Assembly (NCBI GenBank): GCA_963662275.1
Contig: OY759316.1
Span: 3,680,001 to 3,744,000, forward strand
DNA length: 64,000 bases
Reading direction: 5' to 3'
Origin: Candidatus Cloacimonadales bacterium
Lineage (GTDB): Bacteria; Cloacimonadota; Cloacimonadia; Cloacimonadales; DAONDQ01
This document shows, one piece after another, positions 1-9,773 of this stretch. The notes under the pieces were generated by a model that worked only from the letters and a program-made list of their open reading frames with translations, did not search any database and was not told where the DNA came from. A program made the translations under genes and the position numbers. Numbering within the stretch: position 1 is the first letter of the stretch; every line of letters begins with the position of its first letter.

Positions 1-809
1 CACAAGTTGACCTTCGGACAACCCAATTTTTCTTTCACTTCTAGAGAAAATGATTTGAGAGATTTCATGATAGGTATTTTTCCTATCAGCCCAAGCCCAT
101 ATGCCGGATTCTCCATTTTGACCGGATGTGCATAATAAACCGGTGTTTCATAAAAATGTATTGATTTTATCATTTGAAGAACATGGTCCAGACGAAAATT
201 CTCGCAAAAGAATTGAATCTTCATTTCATCAACACGTTGTAATTTTCCATATTCTCCAAGCGAAGGATCACTTCCTTCCAAAGGTCTGAAATGCCCTTCG
301 ACCTGGTTTTCTGATGCACATTGATCATAATTTCCTATCAAACCACCACCAGCTTCCGCGATAACCTGTCTGACTCTCACGGCATGGGTAAGAGGTACAA
401 ACACCGTTACATGGAGCCATTCACTACCCGTTTCATTTGTGATATATTCCAAGTCAGTTAGACCTATTTTTTCAGCAAGTGCATGATTCACACCATGAGG
501 TGCTATATCAAGGTTCGTGTGGGAGCTATAAACAGCTATTCTATGCCAGGCAAGGGAAAGCAAGGTCTCGTTCGTTAAGGATTTCAAAGGTTTAAAAATC
601 AGAGGATGATGAGAGATGATGCAATCTACTTTTTCCCTGATAGCTTTTTCAACTGCACCATGAGTAACATCCAGCGTTAAAAGTATCTTCTTCACTTTCC
701 AGGAACGTTCCCCAACCTGCAAACCGGGATTATCCCATTGCATAGCCAATCCTTCAGGAGCTGCTTTCTGCATTATATCCAAGATATCTTGGACAATGAT
801 AGTTTTCAT
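1..809 (-). CDS. Nif3-like dinuclear metal centre protein (runs off the window start)
   Basis: Manual translation from ATG at 809: MKTIIVQDILDIMQKAAPEGLAMQWDNPGLQVGE...LDVT...IISHHPLIF...YSSHTNLD, the NIF3 family motifs. SD-like GAGGTG upstream. Confidence 0.9.
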   Translation of the reverse strand, partial: MKTIIVQDILDIMQKAAPEGLAMQWDNPGLQVGERSWKVKKILLTLDVTHGAVEKAIREKVDCIISHHPLIFKPLKSLTNETLLSLAWHRIAVYSSHTNLDIAPHGVNHALAEKIGLTDLEYITNETGSEWLHVTVFVPLTHAVRVRQVIAEAGGGLIGNYDQCASENQVEGHFRPLEGSDPSLGEYGKLQRVDEMKIQFFCENFRLDHVLQMIKSIHFYETPVYYAHPVKMENPAYGLGLIGKIPIMKSLKSFSLEVKEKLGCPKVNL

Positions 810-918
810 AATCACCTCGAATATTACTTCTCTGATAAGATAATCAATATTTCTACGGATTGCACATTTATTCATTCATGTCAAGCTCTTTTGCAATTAT
901 TCCAAAAACCAGAGGAGG

Positions 919-2779
919 GAGACTGTTCAAAATTAACCTCCATTTTACGCAGCCTTATTGGTAGTGACAGAGAAAAAGTGGTCTAAGTGCGACCAATCCA
1001 CATTTTCTTGACATATGCGGGAGATATTTAAACTTGCTAAAAGTGATTCCTGACGCATGATTGGTTGACCTTTATCGACCAGTTCTTTGAACCAAAGCGA
1101 AAACACAAGGTTGCGGGTGGTTTCTTCAGATTTTAGTCCAAATCTACCGGATGTCACCTTCTTGATTTTGCGGTTCCAGCGTTCAGAGACATTGGAAGTC
1201 AAACCTTTGCTGAGGTGTCTCCAATCACTAATGATATTGCTTTTGATGTATTCGGCGGCGGTTGGGGGAGTAATAGCTGTCAGGCTTGCGATACCCTTTT
1301 TCCTTCCGCCCGCCGTTTCTCTTCGGAAAGCTTTCATAATCCTCTTCTTAAAGAACTTGTCCCTGTCTTCAGGGAGATGACATTGACTGATTCTTTTGAA
1401 GAGATTTCGTATCTTATGGAACTTACAGAGTTGGTAATGGACTTTTGGAAACACTGTTTTTCTTGCAACTGCTAACGATTTACTGCCATCACTGACAATC
1501 AGGGTTGGATCTTTCCTGTAGAGCTGTCTGAAGGTTCTGAAACATGCTTCGAATGATTCTTTCTTTGTGTCAGGATACAACTCACAAAACAGAGGGATGT
1601 GAGTCACAAAATCAACAATACTGATGACATAGTACGGAATACCTTTGATCTTCACATATTTCTCATCAATGCTGATCTTTCCGCTCCACTTACCGATTGA
1701 GTTCAGAATCAGGCTCTGCAGGTCAGCGATTTCATGCCAGAGATTTGAGACTGTAGCTTTACAGGTGTTGAGCAGCAAAGCTATCGTCTCGAAGTTCATA
1801 CCGCTTCCAACCAGGTAATGTACCAGCAGACACAGGTTCTTGCGTTCCAGACTATGGAACGGCTTTGCATCGGCGGTTCTATGGGATGTATTGCCTTTAG
1901 CAGTCTTCATTTGTTCCAGGAGTCTGTCACAGATAACAGGTGTATTCTGCTGACCGGCAAGCAGTTTCAGCAGATGTACAGCATCACCGCCTACTGTCTT
2001 TTTCAGAAGAAGCTTCTGAGCTTGCTTAACTACAGACAGAGAATTGACCTGAGAAGCATATTTGCAGAAAGTGGTATAGGACATTTTAAAATCATGATGG
2101 CTGATGAACTCCTGATACATGACATTTAAAGGTAAAAGCAGGTTATTGATAACAAAATTCTCGATCTGAGGAATACACTCCAGCAGGTCAACTTTCCGGC
2201 TTAAATATGCCAGGATATCATGACCATGCTGCTCAAACTCTTGCCAGAAATTATGTACATTCCTGCGGTCTGCGTAGTTAAACAGATCAGCTATTTGCTG
2301 AAGTGTAAGGAGGTTGTCTCCGCCTATTCCTACTAATAAGCGTAGAAACGCTATTAAGAACTTGTGGTTTGATGTTGTCTCAGGCAAAGTGAATGAAAAT
2401 GGTACGTTAATACTTACATGGTATTGGTTACTTTCATGACTAACACTTACCGCTTCTTGAATTGGAGTGTTTTTTTGTCATAATATCCTCCCTTTTGTTA
2501 CCAGGTAACAAATGCCATTGAAGCTATAGCAAAAAACTTGTAAAGAACTATTTTATATGATTTTAACTACACATTTAGTCAGAAACGGCTTCGAAACATT
2601 ACTTATAATCGCGTGTTTTTCAATTTTAGTCAAAAAGCTTAACTTGTGATTTGGTGTCCTTAGCAGAGCTTATCTGTCAATTCTGGAAGGTATGTTAAAT
2701 TATGACCGTTTCGACCACTTTTTTCAACTTGCTACTTTCTAACTTATTGAATATTATGAATAACTTCATGAACAGTCTC
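919..2779 (-). mobile_element. Insertion sequence, 1861 bp, copy 1
   Basis: Terminal inverted repeats GAGACTGTTCA (919-929) and TGAACAGTCTC (2769-2779). 8-bp direct repeat AGAGGAGG at 911-918 and 2780-2787. Same element as 46777-48637. Confidence 0.95.
945..2387 (-). CDS. DDE transposase (IS6-like D1 motif, IS256/Mutator-like CxxH)
   Basis: Motifs SIDEKYVKIKG, IVSDG, QLCKFH, TSNVSERWN. The likely true start is the SD-preceded ATG at 2481, which is out of frame (see findings). Confidence 0.9.
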   Translation of the reverse strand: MPETTSNHKFLIAFLRLLVGIGGDNLLTLQQIADLFNYADRRNVHNFWQEFEQHGHDILAYLSRKVDLLECIPQIENFVINNLLLPLNVMYQEFISHHDFKMSYTTFCKYASQVNSLSVVKQAQKLLLKKTVGGDAVHLLKLLAGQQNTPVICDRLLEQMKTAKGNTSHRTADAKPFHSLERKNLCLLVHYLVGSGMNFETIALLLNTCKATVSNLWHEIADLQSLILNSIGKWSGKISIDEKYVKIKGIPYYVISIVDFVTHIPLFCELYPDTKKESFEACFRTFRQLYRKDPTLIVSDGSKSLAVARKTVFPKVHYQLCKFHKIRNLFKRISQCHLPEDRDKFFKKRIMKAFRRETAGGRKKGIASLTAITPPTAAEYIKSNIISDWRHLSKGLTSNVSERWNRKIKKVTSGRFGLKSEETTRNLVFSLWFKELVDKGQPIMRQESLLASLNISRICQENVDWSHLDHFFSVTTNKAA

Positions 2780-2786
2780 AGAGGAG

Positions 2787-2857
2787 GTAGAGACGCCCAA
2801 CTTGGGCGTCTCATGAATTGATTCACAACCGAAAGACGCCCTAGTTGGGCGTCTCTA
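2787..2857. repeat. Inverted pair of GTAG-type REP palindromes (REPIN-like)
   Basis: GTAGAGACGCCCAACTTGGGCGTCTC (2787-2812) and inverted AAGACGCCCTAGTTGGGCGTCTCTAC (~2832-2857). Confidence 0.75.
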
Positions 2858-2939
2858 CTGCTTTAGAAGTCATTTTCAATGATTTAGATCCATTTCTAAT
2901 TAGGTCACCAAGAAAAAGAGAGGAAACAATCTCTGATAA

Positions 2940-2962
2940 ATAGTCAAAACTTTCTTGACTAT
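2940..2962. promoter_or_regulatory. Palindrome overlapping a putative -35 box; candidate operator
   Basis: ATAGTCAA-N7-TTGACTAT about 60 bp upstream of the HTH gene start. Confidence 0.4.
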
Positions 2963-3024
2963 AATTTCTCTCTTTGCTTTATTGTCCTTGTATGATTCAT
3001 CTGTTGATAAAAAGAGGTATTAGA

Positions 3025-4389
3025 ATGAAAAGTGTCGCGATCATCAAAGAACATTCTCAAATAAGAGAGCTGGGGTCAAGCCTGAAATACAGTATTTTAC
3101 AGGAGCTGATTAAAAACCCTGCAACCTGCCAGCAACTCTCTAGTATTTTTACATTAAGTAAACAGAAGGTACATTATAATTTGACCAAATTAATGGAAGA
3201 AGGTCTAATTGTCATCGCTGAAACCCAACCACTCAATAATAAGGAAGTGTACTATAGAGCTATTGCGAAGAACTTTTTACTAGATTTTTCATTAGGAGAG
3301 ACCATTTCAGAAAGCATTCTCAATACGCGGAGTATTATCAACAACATCCTTAGTAATGAGTATAAAATCAATTTGCAAGATATAGCTGCCAATATTCTTG
3401 ATAATAGCCTGCGCATGATACCTAAGGAAAGCTTACTTATTGCCACAGGTAGATACAATTTGCCACTGGTCGAGAAGATATTATTGGAAGCATCCCGAAG
3501 GATGATTAAAACAACTCTTATCTACCAGGACCAGGAGTTCATGAAAACCAAGTATGAAGAATTCTCACTTGCCGTATTTAATGCCGATTATGAAAACTTC
3601 AACAAACTACTCAGCACTAGCGATGTTTATCTGAACCTGAACGGTGAATCTCGATATGTGGAATTAAGTGATACACATAAATTGAGCCTGAGAAACAAGC
3701 ATTTTGAAAAAAGCAGGGAAATCATCAATTCACATCGGATTCGTGTTGCAATTATGCCCGGTTTAATTCACGATTCGCTAACAGAAAACACGATTATTTC
3801 TGAATTGCAATTTTGGAAAGCCCTGGATGTTGATTACGATCAGCAATCTGTGACTACTTTATCTCTTTGTTTAAATCTAGCCAACAAACATCAAGTTCAT
3901 GTCGTGAAAAATGCAACTAATTTCGAATTCAGTGTATTGAAAGTTCTTTGTGAAAGTGGTTCCTTCAGTAATAATCCCTATCAAAGCCCTGTTATCAATT
4001 TACCGGGTGGGGAAGTACTGATATTACCTAAGGAAAATACGATGCATGGGACTATCCAAGCCGAAGTAGCCTATGCCTATGGTGAAAAGATCACAAATCC
4101 GCTTCTTAAAATAGTCAATAACGAAATTGTAGATTATCATGCCGATGAAAATGAACATCTTATCACACGAGCTATCGAGGATGGTGGTGTTGATGGACGT
4201 CGGGTGGCATTGATTTGTCTCGGAACGAATGATAATATCAAACCCGAAAATGTCGATAATTCTTATAAGCACAAGTCGAGTGGCTTGATGACCGTGTACT
4301 GGGGTGAGAACAAAACACTGGGTGGCACTGTATCAGGATTGACTGAATGGTTTATTCAACTGGAAAAACCACTTTTAAAATACAATTAA
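3025..4389 (+). CDS. ArsR-type winged-HTH fused to a degenerate peptidase M29 (aminopeptidase II)-like domain
   Basis: N-terminal HTH (ILQELIKNPATCQQLSSIFTLSKQKVHYNLTKLMEEGLI). C-terminal NLPGGEV and M29-like layout. ATG 3025 follows AGAGG. Confidence 0.7.
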   Translation: MKSVAIIKEHSQIRELGSSLKYSILQELIKNPATCQQLSSIFTLSKQKVHYNLTKLMEEGLIVIAETQPLNNKEVYYRAIAKNFLLDFSLGETISESILNTRSIINNILSNEYKINLQDIAANILDNSLRMIPKESLLIATGRYNLPLVEKILLEASRRMIKTTLIYQDQEFMKTKYEEFSLAVFNADYENFNKLLSTSDVYLNLNGESRYVELSDTHKLSLRNKHFEKSREIINSHRIRVAIMPGLIHDSLTENTIISELQFWKALDVDYDQQSVTTLSLCLNLANKHQVHVVKNATNFEFSVLKVLCESGSFSNNPYQSPVINLPGGEVLILPKENTMHGTIQAEVAYAYGEKITNPLLKIVNNEIVDYHADENEHLITRAIEDGGVDGRRVALICLGTNDNIKPENVDNSYKHKSSGLMTVYWGENKTLGGTVSGLTEWFIQLEKPLLKYN

Positions 4390-4406
4390 ATGCGAGGTAA
4401 CAAAAA

Positions 4407-7400
4407 ATGAAAAAACTAATCCTCTTTTTAATCATCTTGGGATTTACCTGTTTAGCATCAGCACAATGGATTCTCAATGAAGGTTTCGAAAATGTAGCAC
4501 TCCCTACCGGATGGACAGTACATGATGACGGTGATGGTTTTATATGGCGCACCACCGGACAGCTTACGCATGTTCACACGGGTGCTCGTGCAGCCTTATG
4601 CGATAACATTTTACCTCATCAGAATCACGATTGGCTAATCACGCCCCAATTACATATCACTCAAGGTGATTCTCTCTATTTCTATACCGCTGCTTGGATA
4701 ACATCTGAAAATCTGAAAGTCTATGTTTCAACCACAACACCAGTATATACTAATTTTAACATGCAAATTGTTTCTCTTCAGAATATTGGTACGACTTACC
4801 AATTATCACAAACGAGCCTGAATGCCTTTGCCGGGCAGTCGATTTATCTTGGGTTCTTCTGGGAGTGTACCAGTTATGGTATCACTCTTGATGATGTGAA
4901 GGTCGGTCATCCTCAAATGAATCCACCCACTCTTACTTTACCGCCATCCTATACATTCATCCAGGGTGAATCATTAACTGTAGATTTTACACCTTTGATT
5001 ACGACAACTAATCTGGAAACAGCATCTTTAACAGTTAGTGGGAATACTCATGTTGGTGTGAACATTAATGGTTTGAATGTGACATTCACTTCCCCTACTT
5101 GGAATGGAACCGAATCTCTGACTTTTACGATTCACGATAACAGCAATGGCTTACAAGGGACAGATACTGTTCAACTGATTGTTGCTCCCGTACCAGCTAT
5201 TGATTTGGCTTTGGCACAAATCATCTATCCCCGGAATCCTGAATATCTTTCCCACCAGGTCTATCCTTCTGTGAAAGTATCCAATGAAGGAGATAATGCA
5301 TTTACCAACCCGATTGAAGTATCATGTACCATTGCAGATTCCCTGGGACAAAACCTGTATAGCCAGACTGTCAATTACAACCAGGGTGTTGGATTTAACC
5401 AGTCAGTGGATATCAATTTCACCCAAAGTTGGACACCCACTACAGTAGGTCCATATTCAGTACAATTCAACTTGGTTACGACTGATGAATATATGTTGAA
5501 TAATGTTCTAAACCGCAATTTTACTGTTGTTTATCGAGTGATGGAAGGAGGACCGGATAGCTTTGGTTATCGCTGGATCGATAGTAATGCACTTAATGGA
5601 CCTGTTTATTCCTGGAATGATATCAGTACGACAGGACTTCCGGTTATCATGAATGGAGTTAATGCCTTTTCAGGAGATGATAACTTTTGTGAGCCTATCA
5701 ATTTCGGCTTTGAATTTCCCTTCTACGGAACTAATTATCTTCAATTTTATGCAGATACAAATGGTGAGATTTTACTGGCACCGAACAATTGGTACTTAGA
5801 TTATCCCACTGATGGCTGGGATGCAGACGGAAATATGTTCAATTACATGTACCCGATCCCCGGTTATACACAAATGCCAGCTTTAATTGCAGCCTATTGG
5901 GATGATTTGGAAGCTGACCAGGGAACCGGTGATATCTATTTCCAGACTTTTGGAACATTCCCTAATCGCTATGCGATCGTCCAATGGAATAACTTTCGTT
6001 TCCATGCCGGTACTGGAGGAAGCCCTGTACTAAAATTCCAAGCTTTCTTATCTGAAAATGGTGAAATTGCTTTTTATTATCATACGACAGAAAACGGTAT
6101 TACAGGTACAATCGCTCCCCATGAAAATGGACGCAGTGCCACAGTTGCCATTCAAAATCAAACAGCGGATATCGGTCTCTGTTATTTGCGTGAGCTTGTA
6201 CAGAACAACAATTACTTAGGTGTTCAACCTGCAGGTAATCTGTTACACGATGGTTTAGCGATCAGGTTTTATAATGGCAATGACACCCAAGCTCCGGTTA
6301 TTACACATTCCCAGCCGGGAAATACTTACGCTTTGAATCCAACGATCAGCGCTCATATCGTTGACTTTTCGAACATTTCTTCTTCTGTATTGCATGTTAA
6401 CTATAGCGGAACATGGCTGACATTCCAACCGAATCAGATTACGGATTCAGATTATTTATTTAACCTGCCGGAATTGCCACATGGTGTTACTTTGCAGTAC
6501 TATTTTTCAGCTTCCGATGAGACTGGAAATTCTTCTCTGTTACCAGCCAATGCACCTGAAAGCGTATTTTCATTCAAAATATTACCAACAAATGACACAA
6601 GCGTTTTGATTCTCTATTCTGGAACCCAGGATTATGAACATATTGAACTTCCAGTGTATGAATCTTTTCTGACCCAACAACAAATCCCTTATGATATCTA
6701 CGATTGGCAGGAATATTCAACGTACACAATTCCAGCCCAATATACAGCAGTTCTCTGTTTCGCCAATACAGGAAGTCAAGGGGCTGACAGTAATCTACTG
6801 AGTACAAATCTCATGAATTTTATGAACAGCGGTACGACAATAGCACCAAAGCATGTATTCTTCTCCTCTGATGGCTGGGCATCTGCACAAGGGGGCAGTC
6901 CAAATTCCAGTCCTATGAAAAAACTGTTGGAAGCCTATTTCCGTACTGTTTATGCCCCTACCGGTGGCGGTGGTGGTACAAATGGACTTGCAGGACCTGA
7001 TGCCATGGGTTATGCAACCGGTACAATCCTGGATATTGAGGGATCGCATATCGGTACAGCAGGTTCATTGTTCAATGTTAATGCTAATAGCCCTGATTGT
7101 ATATTCAGTAATGATAGCTGTCCTGACTGGTATGCTGATCAAGTGCAATTTCCTGAGATTGGTTCACACAATGCTTTTGCTTTTGAAGACGGTCCTATAG
7201 ATGGACATGCGTATCTTTATCATGGTGTTTGTGCGACATGGATCGATTTGAATATTTATCGTGCCTTCTACTTCAGTTTTGATCTGAGCCAGCTCTCAAA
7301 TCAAACACAAAGAACACGATTCATGCATGACCTGATGGTGTGGTTCAGAATCATTCCCACTTCTACAGATGATATAGTAATGATAGCACCAACCACAGAT

Positions 7401-7667
7401 CTAATGCAGAATTATCCGAATCCGTTCAATCCTGAAACAAAGATCGCATTCTCAACCAGCAAGACTTCCTTAACTAAGTTGGAAATCTATAATGTCAAAG
7501 GTCAATTAGTTAATACACTTGTGAATGAAAATCTTCCCTTAGGAAAACATGAAGTCATATGGAATGGTAAGGATATTCATCAGCACCAGGTATCTAGCGG
7601 TGTTTATTTTTATCGCTTAAGTCATGGTGATATCATCAAAACGAAAAGAATGTTATTACTCAAATAA
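4407..7667 (+). CDS. Secreted multidomain surface protein (cleaved-adhesin-like, Ig/CARDB-like, CTD)
   Basis: Signal peptide; EGFE...LPTGWTVHDDGDG...DWLITP adhesin-like motif; GGPDSFGYRWIDS; C-terminal QNYPNPFNPET...YNVKGQ...SGVYFYRL...MLLLK. Confidence 0.8.
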   Translation: MKKLILFLIILGFTCLASAQWILNEGFENVALPTGWTVHDDGDGFIWRTTGQLTHVHTGARAALCDNILPHQNHDWLITPQLHITQGDSLYFYTAAWITSENLKVYVSTTTPVYTNFNMQIVSLQNIGTTYQLSQTSLNAFAGQSIYLGFFWECTSYGITLDDVKVGHPQMNPPTLTLPPSYTFIQGESLTVDFTPLITTTNLETASLTVSGNTHVGVNINGLNVTFTSPTWNGTESLTFTIHDNSNGLQGTDTVQLIVAPVPAIDLALAQIIYPRNPEYLSHQVYPSVKVSNEGDNAFTNPIEVSCTIADSLGQNLYSQTVNYNQGVGFNQSVDINFTQSWTPTTVGPYSVQFNLVTTDEYMLNNVLNRNFTVVYRVMEGGPDSFGYRWIDSNALNGPVYSWNDISTTGLPVIMNGVNAFSGDDNFCEPINFGFEFPFYGTNYLQFYADTNGEILLAPNNWYLDYPTDGWDADGNMFNYMYPIPGYTQMPALIAAYWDDLEADQGTGDIYFQTFGTFPNRYAIVQWNNFRFHAGTGGSPVLKFQAFLSENGEIAFYYHTTENGITGTIAPHENGRSATVAIQNQTADIGLCYLRELVQNNNYLGVQPAGNLLHDGLAIRFYNGNDTQAPVITHSQPGNTYALNPTISAHIVDFSNISSSVLHVNYSGTWLTFQPNQITDSDYLFNLPELPHGVTLQYYFSASDETGNSSLLPANAPESVFSFKILPTNDTSVLILYSGTQDYEHIELPVYESFLTQQQIPYDIYDWQEYSTYTIPAQYTAVLCFANTGSQGADSNLLSTNLMNFMNSGTTIAPKHVFFSSDGWASAQGGSPNSSPMKKLLEAYFRTVYAPTGGGGGTNGLAGPDAMGYATGTILDIEGSHIGTAGSLFNVNANSPDCIFSNDSCPDWYADQVQFPEIGSHNAFAFEDGPIDGHAYLYHGVCATWIDLNIYRAFYFSFDLSQLSNQTQRTRFMHDLMVWFRIIPTSTDDIVMIAPTTDLMQNYPNPFNPETKIAFSTSKTSLTKLEIYNVKGQLVNTLVNENLPLGKHEVIWNGKDIHQHQVSSGVYFYRLSHGDIIKTKRMLLLK

Positions 7668-7689
7668 ATTAACTCATAACTCATCTCAT

Positions 7690-7724
7690 ATCCTGAGTCC
7701 GGTACTAGTTTCCGGACTCAGGAT
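7690..7724. terminator. 13-bp stem hairpin between the two secreted-protein genes
   Basis: ATCCTGAGTCCGG...CCGGACTCAGGAT; no clear U tract. Confidence 0.5.
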
Positions 7725-7747
7725 TAACAAATTCAAATGGAGGAAAT

Positions 7748-9436
7748 ATGAACCAGAAACCCTTTATTGCCTTGTTAGTTCTCTTGATTTGTCTACCTTT
7801 ATTTGCTGGAGATTATAAGATCGGTACTGGCACTTCTACCGAATACTATGTCCCCATGTATGGCAACGCCAATTACAACTGGAGTAAAATTCTTTATACA
7901 AATGCAGAATTACAGACTTCTGGAATGACAACCGCTACCACGATCAAGAAAATCGCTTTTTATGTTTCAAATGTGTCTTCTTACCAGACACTGAATCAAA
8001 AAATTTATATGGGTTATAATTATAATACCCAATATGCTTCTGGATTAACTTCATATCCTTCATCATATACAGGTTATACACTTGTTTATGATGGTGCCAT
8101 CCAGTGGACAGGAACGGGCTGGTTTGAAATTACCCTAACAACACCCTACACCTATGATCCTCTCTCAGTGGCATCTCCCAGTTTAGAAATCCTTTGGGAA
8201 AACCGCGATGGAACTGCTCTTTCACCATATCCCAGATTTAACTATACGAATGTTTCTTACACTTGTTGTTATAAAAGTGGGTCAACCTATCCTTCACTCT
8301 CAAGCGGAACTCGTTACAGTAACCGTCCAAATATTTGGTTGATGTCAGATCCAACGGATGTTCCTCCGGCTGCATCACCTGTGATTCCATTGGACACTGC
8401 CTCCAATATCGAAGTGAACACAGATCTTCGATGGCTTCACAATGGCGGTCAGCCAGATTATTATAGGGTTTTCATTGGCACAAATAATCCCCCTTCTGAT
8501 GTCGTAGCTGGGGAAGATGTCTATGCAAATACTTTTGATATTGCCGGTTATTTGAATTATGGCACAACCTATTACTGGCGCATCATTCCTCATAATTCAT
8601 ATGGCTTTGCGCAGGATTGTCCTATTTGGAGCTTCACAACAAGATCCGATCCAACTATTTATACCTTCCCTTGGACTGAGTCTTTCGATGGTACATTCCC
8701 TAATACGAATTGGGAAACGCATGCAGGTATTTTAACAGATCCTATGGTTTTTGGTGCAGATGGTTTATGCAAATGGGAACAAGATGACTGGTTGAATATT
8801 ACTGGCACTGATAAAGCTGCGAAACTTGAATTACAGTTCACCAACTATACTGGTTGGTTAGTGACACCTCCCTTAAATATTACATCAGATTTGTTTCAGT
8901 TACAGTTTGATCTGGCATTCCTGAAGTGGAACGAAACACCCACAGGAACTCCGCCAACACTCAATGGTACTGATGATCGTTTCGTGGTTTTAATTGGTGA
9001 TGGTTTTAGTTGGACAACTGCCAATATTCTCAGGGAATGGAACAATACAAGTTCTCCTTATGTACTCAATAATATCGCAATCGCCGGTGAAAGAATAACC
9101 ATACCTCTCCCAGTTGCTGGAAGAGCTCAGCGGATCGCTTTTTACGCAGGCTCTACAGTAATGAATGCAGATAACGATCTTATGATAAATAACGTAAGTG
9201 TTGAAGAAGTATTACCCACACCTGTCGCAAATATCTCGGTGAACACAACGAACAGTGATGTCACTCTCTCCTGGGAAGCTGTCGACGGAGCTGCTAGCTA
9301 TATCATTTATAGCGCAGCAACACTCACTGACACATCATTCAGTGAGATTGGTAGGACAAGTGAAGACCATATTGTGATTCCCAATCCCGGTACGAAACAA
9401 TTCTTTAAAGTAAAGGCGACTTCTGTTACAGAATAA
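7748..9436 (+). CDS. Secreted protein with FN3-like and adhesin-like beta domains
   Basis: Signal peptide; LNYGTTYYWRIIPHN FN3-like motif; FPWTESFD...WLVTP; C-terminal LSWEAVDGAASYIIY. Confidence 0.7.
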   Translation: MNQKPFIALLVLLICLPLFAGDYKIGTGTSTEYYVPMYGNANYNWSKILYTNAELQTSGMTTATTIKKIAFYVSNVSSYQTLNQKIYMGYNYNTQYASGLTSYPSSYTGYTLVYDGAIQWTGTGWFEITLTTPYTYDPLSVASPSLEILWENRDGTALSPYPRFNYTNVSYTCCYKSGSTYPSLSSGTRYSNRPNIWLMSDPTDVPPAASPVIPLDTASNIEVNTDLRWLHNGGQPDYYRVFIGTNNPPSDVVAGEDVYANTFDIAGYLNYGTTYYWRIIPHNSYGFAQDCPIWSFTTRSDPTIYTFPWTESFDGTFPNTNWETHAGILTDPMVFGADGLCKWEQDDWLNITGTDKAAKLELQFTNYTGWLVTPPLNITSDLFQLQFDLAFLKWNETPTGTPPTLNGTDDRFVVLIGDGFSWTTANILREWNNTSSPYVLNNIAIAGERITIPLPVAGRAQRIAFYAGSTVMNADNDLMINNVSVEEVLPTPVANISVNTTNSDVTLSWEAVDGAASYIIYSAATLTDTSFSEIGRTSEDHIVIPNPGTKQFFKVKATSVTE

Positions 9437-9471
9437 TTAGAAGTTATCTTAACTCCAATCCATTGAGCATG

Positions 9472-9510
9472 ATGCATGAGCAGAATATTATCTCTGCTCA
9501 TGCATTTTTA
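9472..9510 (+). terminator. Rho-independent terminator
   Basis: ATGCATGAGCAGA / TCTGCTCATGCAT stem followed by a T run. Confidence 0.7.
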
Positions 9511-9595
9511 TTACCAGGCACACCGCATTCGATCATTGAGCGAAGGTTCCGCTGAGCTGTGTCGAAGTGTCGAAATTCCGATGGATTGTTTGCAC

Positions 9596-9655
9596 TGTTT
9601 TGTATTCACCAGCGGTGAAGTACAGCAGAAACAGAAGATTACGGTGATTCGGTAG
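9596..9655 (+). pseudogene. 3' remnant of a deleted paralog of 16075-17739
   Basis: Reads CFVFTSGEVQQKQKITVIR* versus VCVFTNGEAQQKQKITVIR* at 17680-17739. The downstream DNA is also homologous to 17740 onward. Confidence 0.8.
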
Positions 9656-9773
9656 CTGCCAAATTTCATAGCCGTTTGAAAACAGCGTTCCGAAAAGCAA
9701 GGTAAACCATGCTGCCACGATTCCTGAAGTAATCACCACAGGTGCAACGGCACAGCAACGCCTCATCTTGTGA

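Noticed and set aside
738..986. Short ORFs overlapping or antisense to long genes (this one and many others in the track)
   Set aside because: Shadow ORFs with no motifs or RBS.
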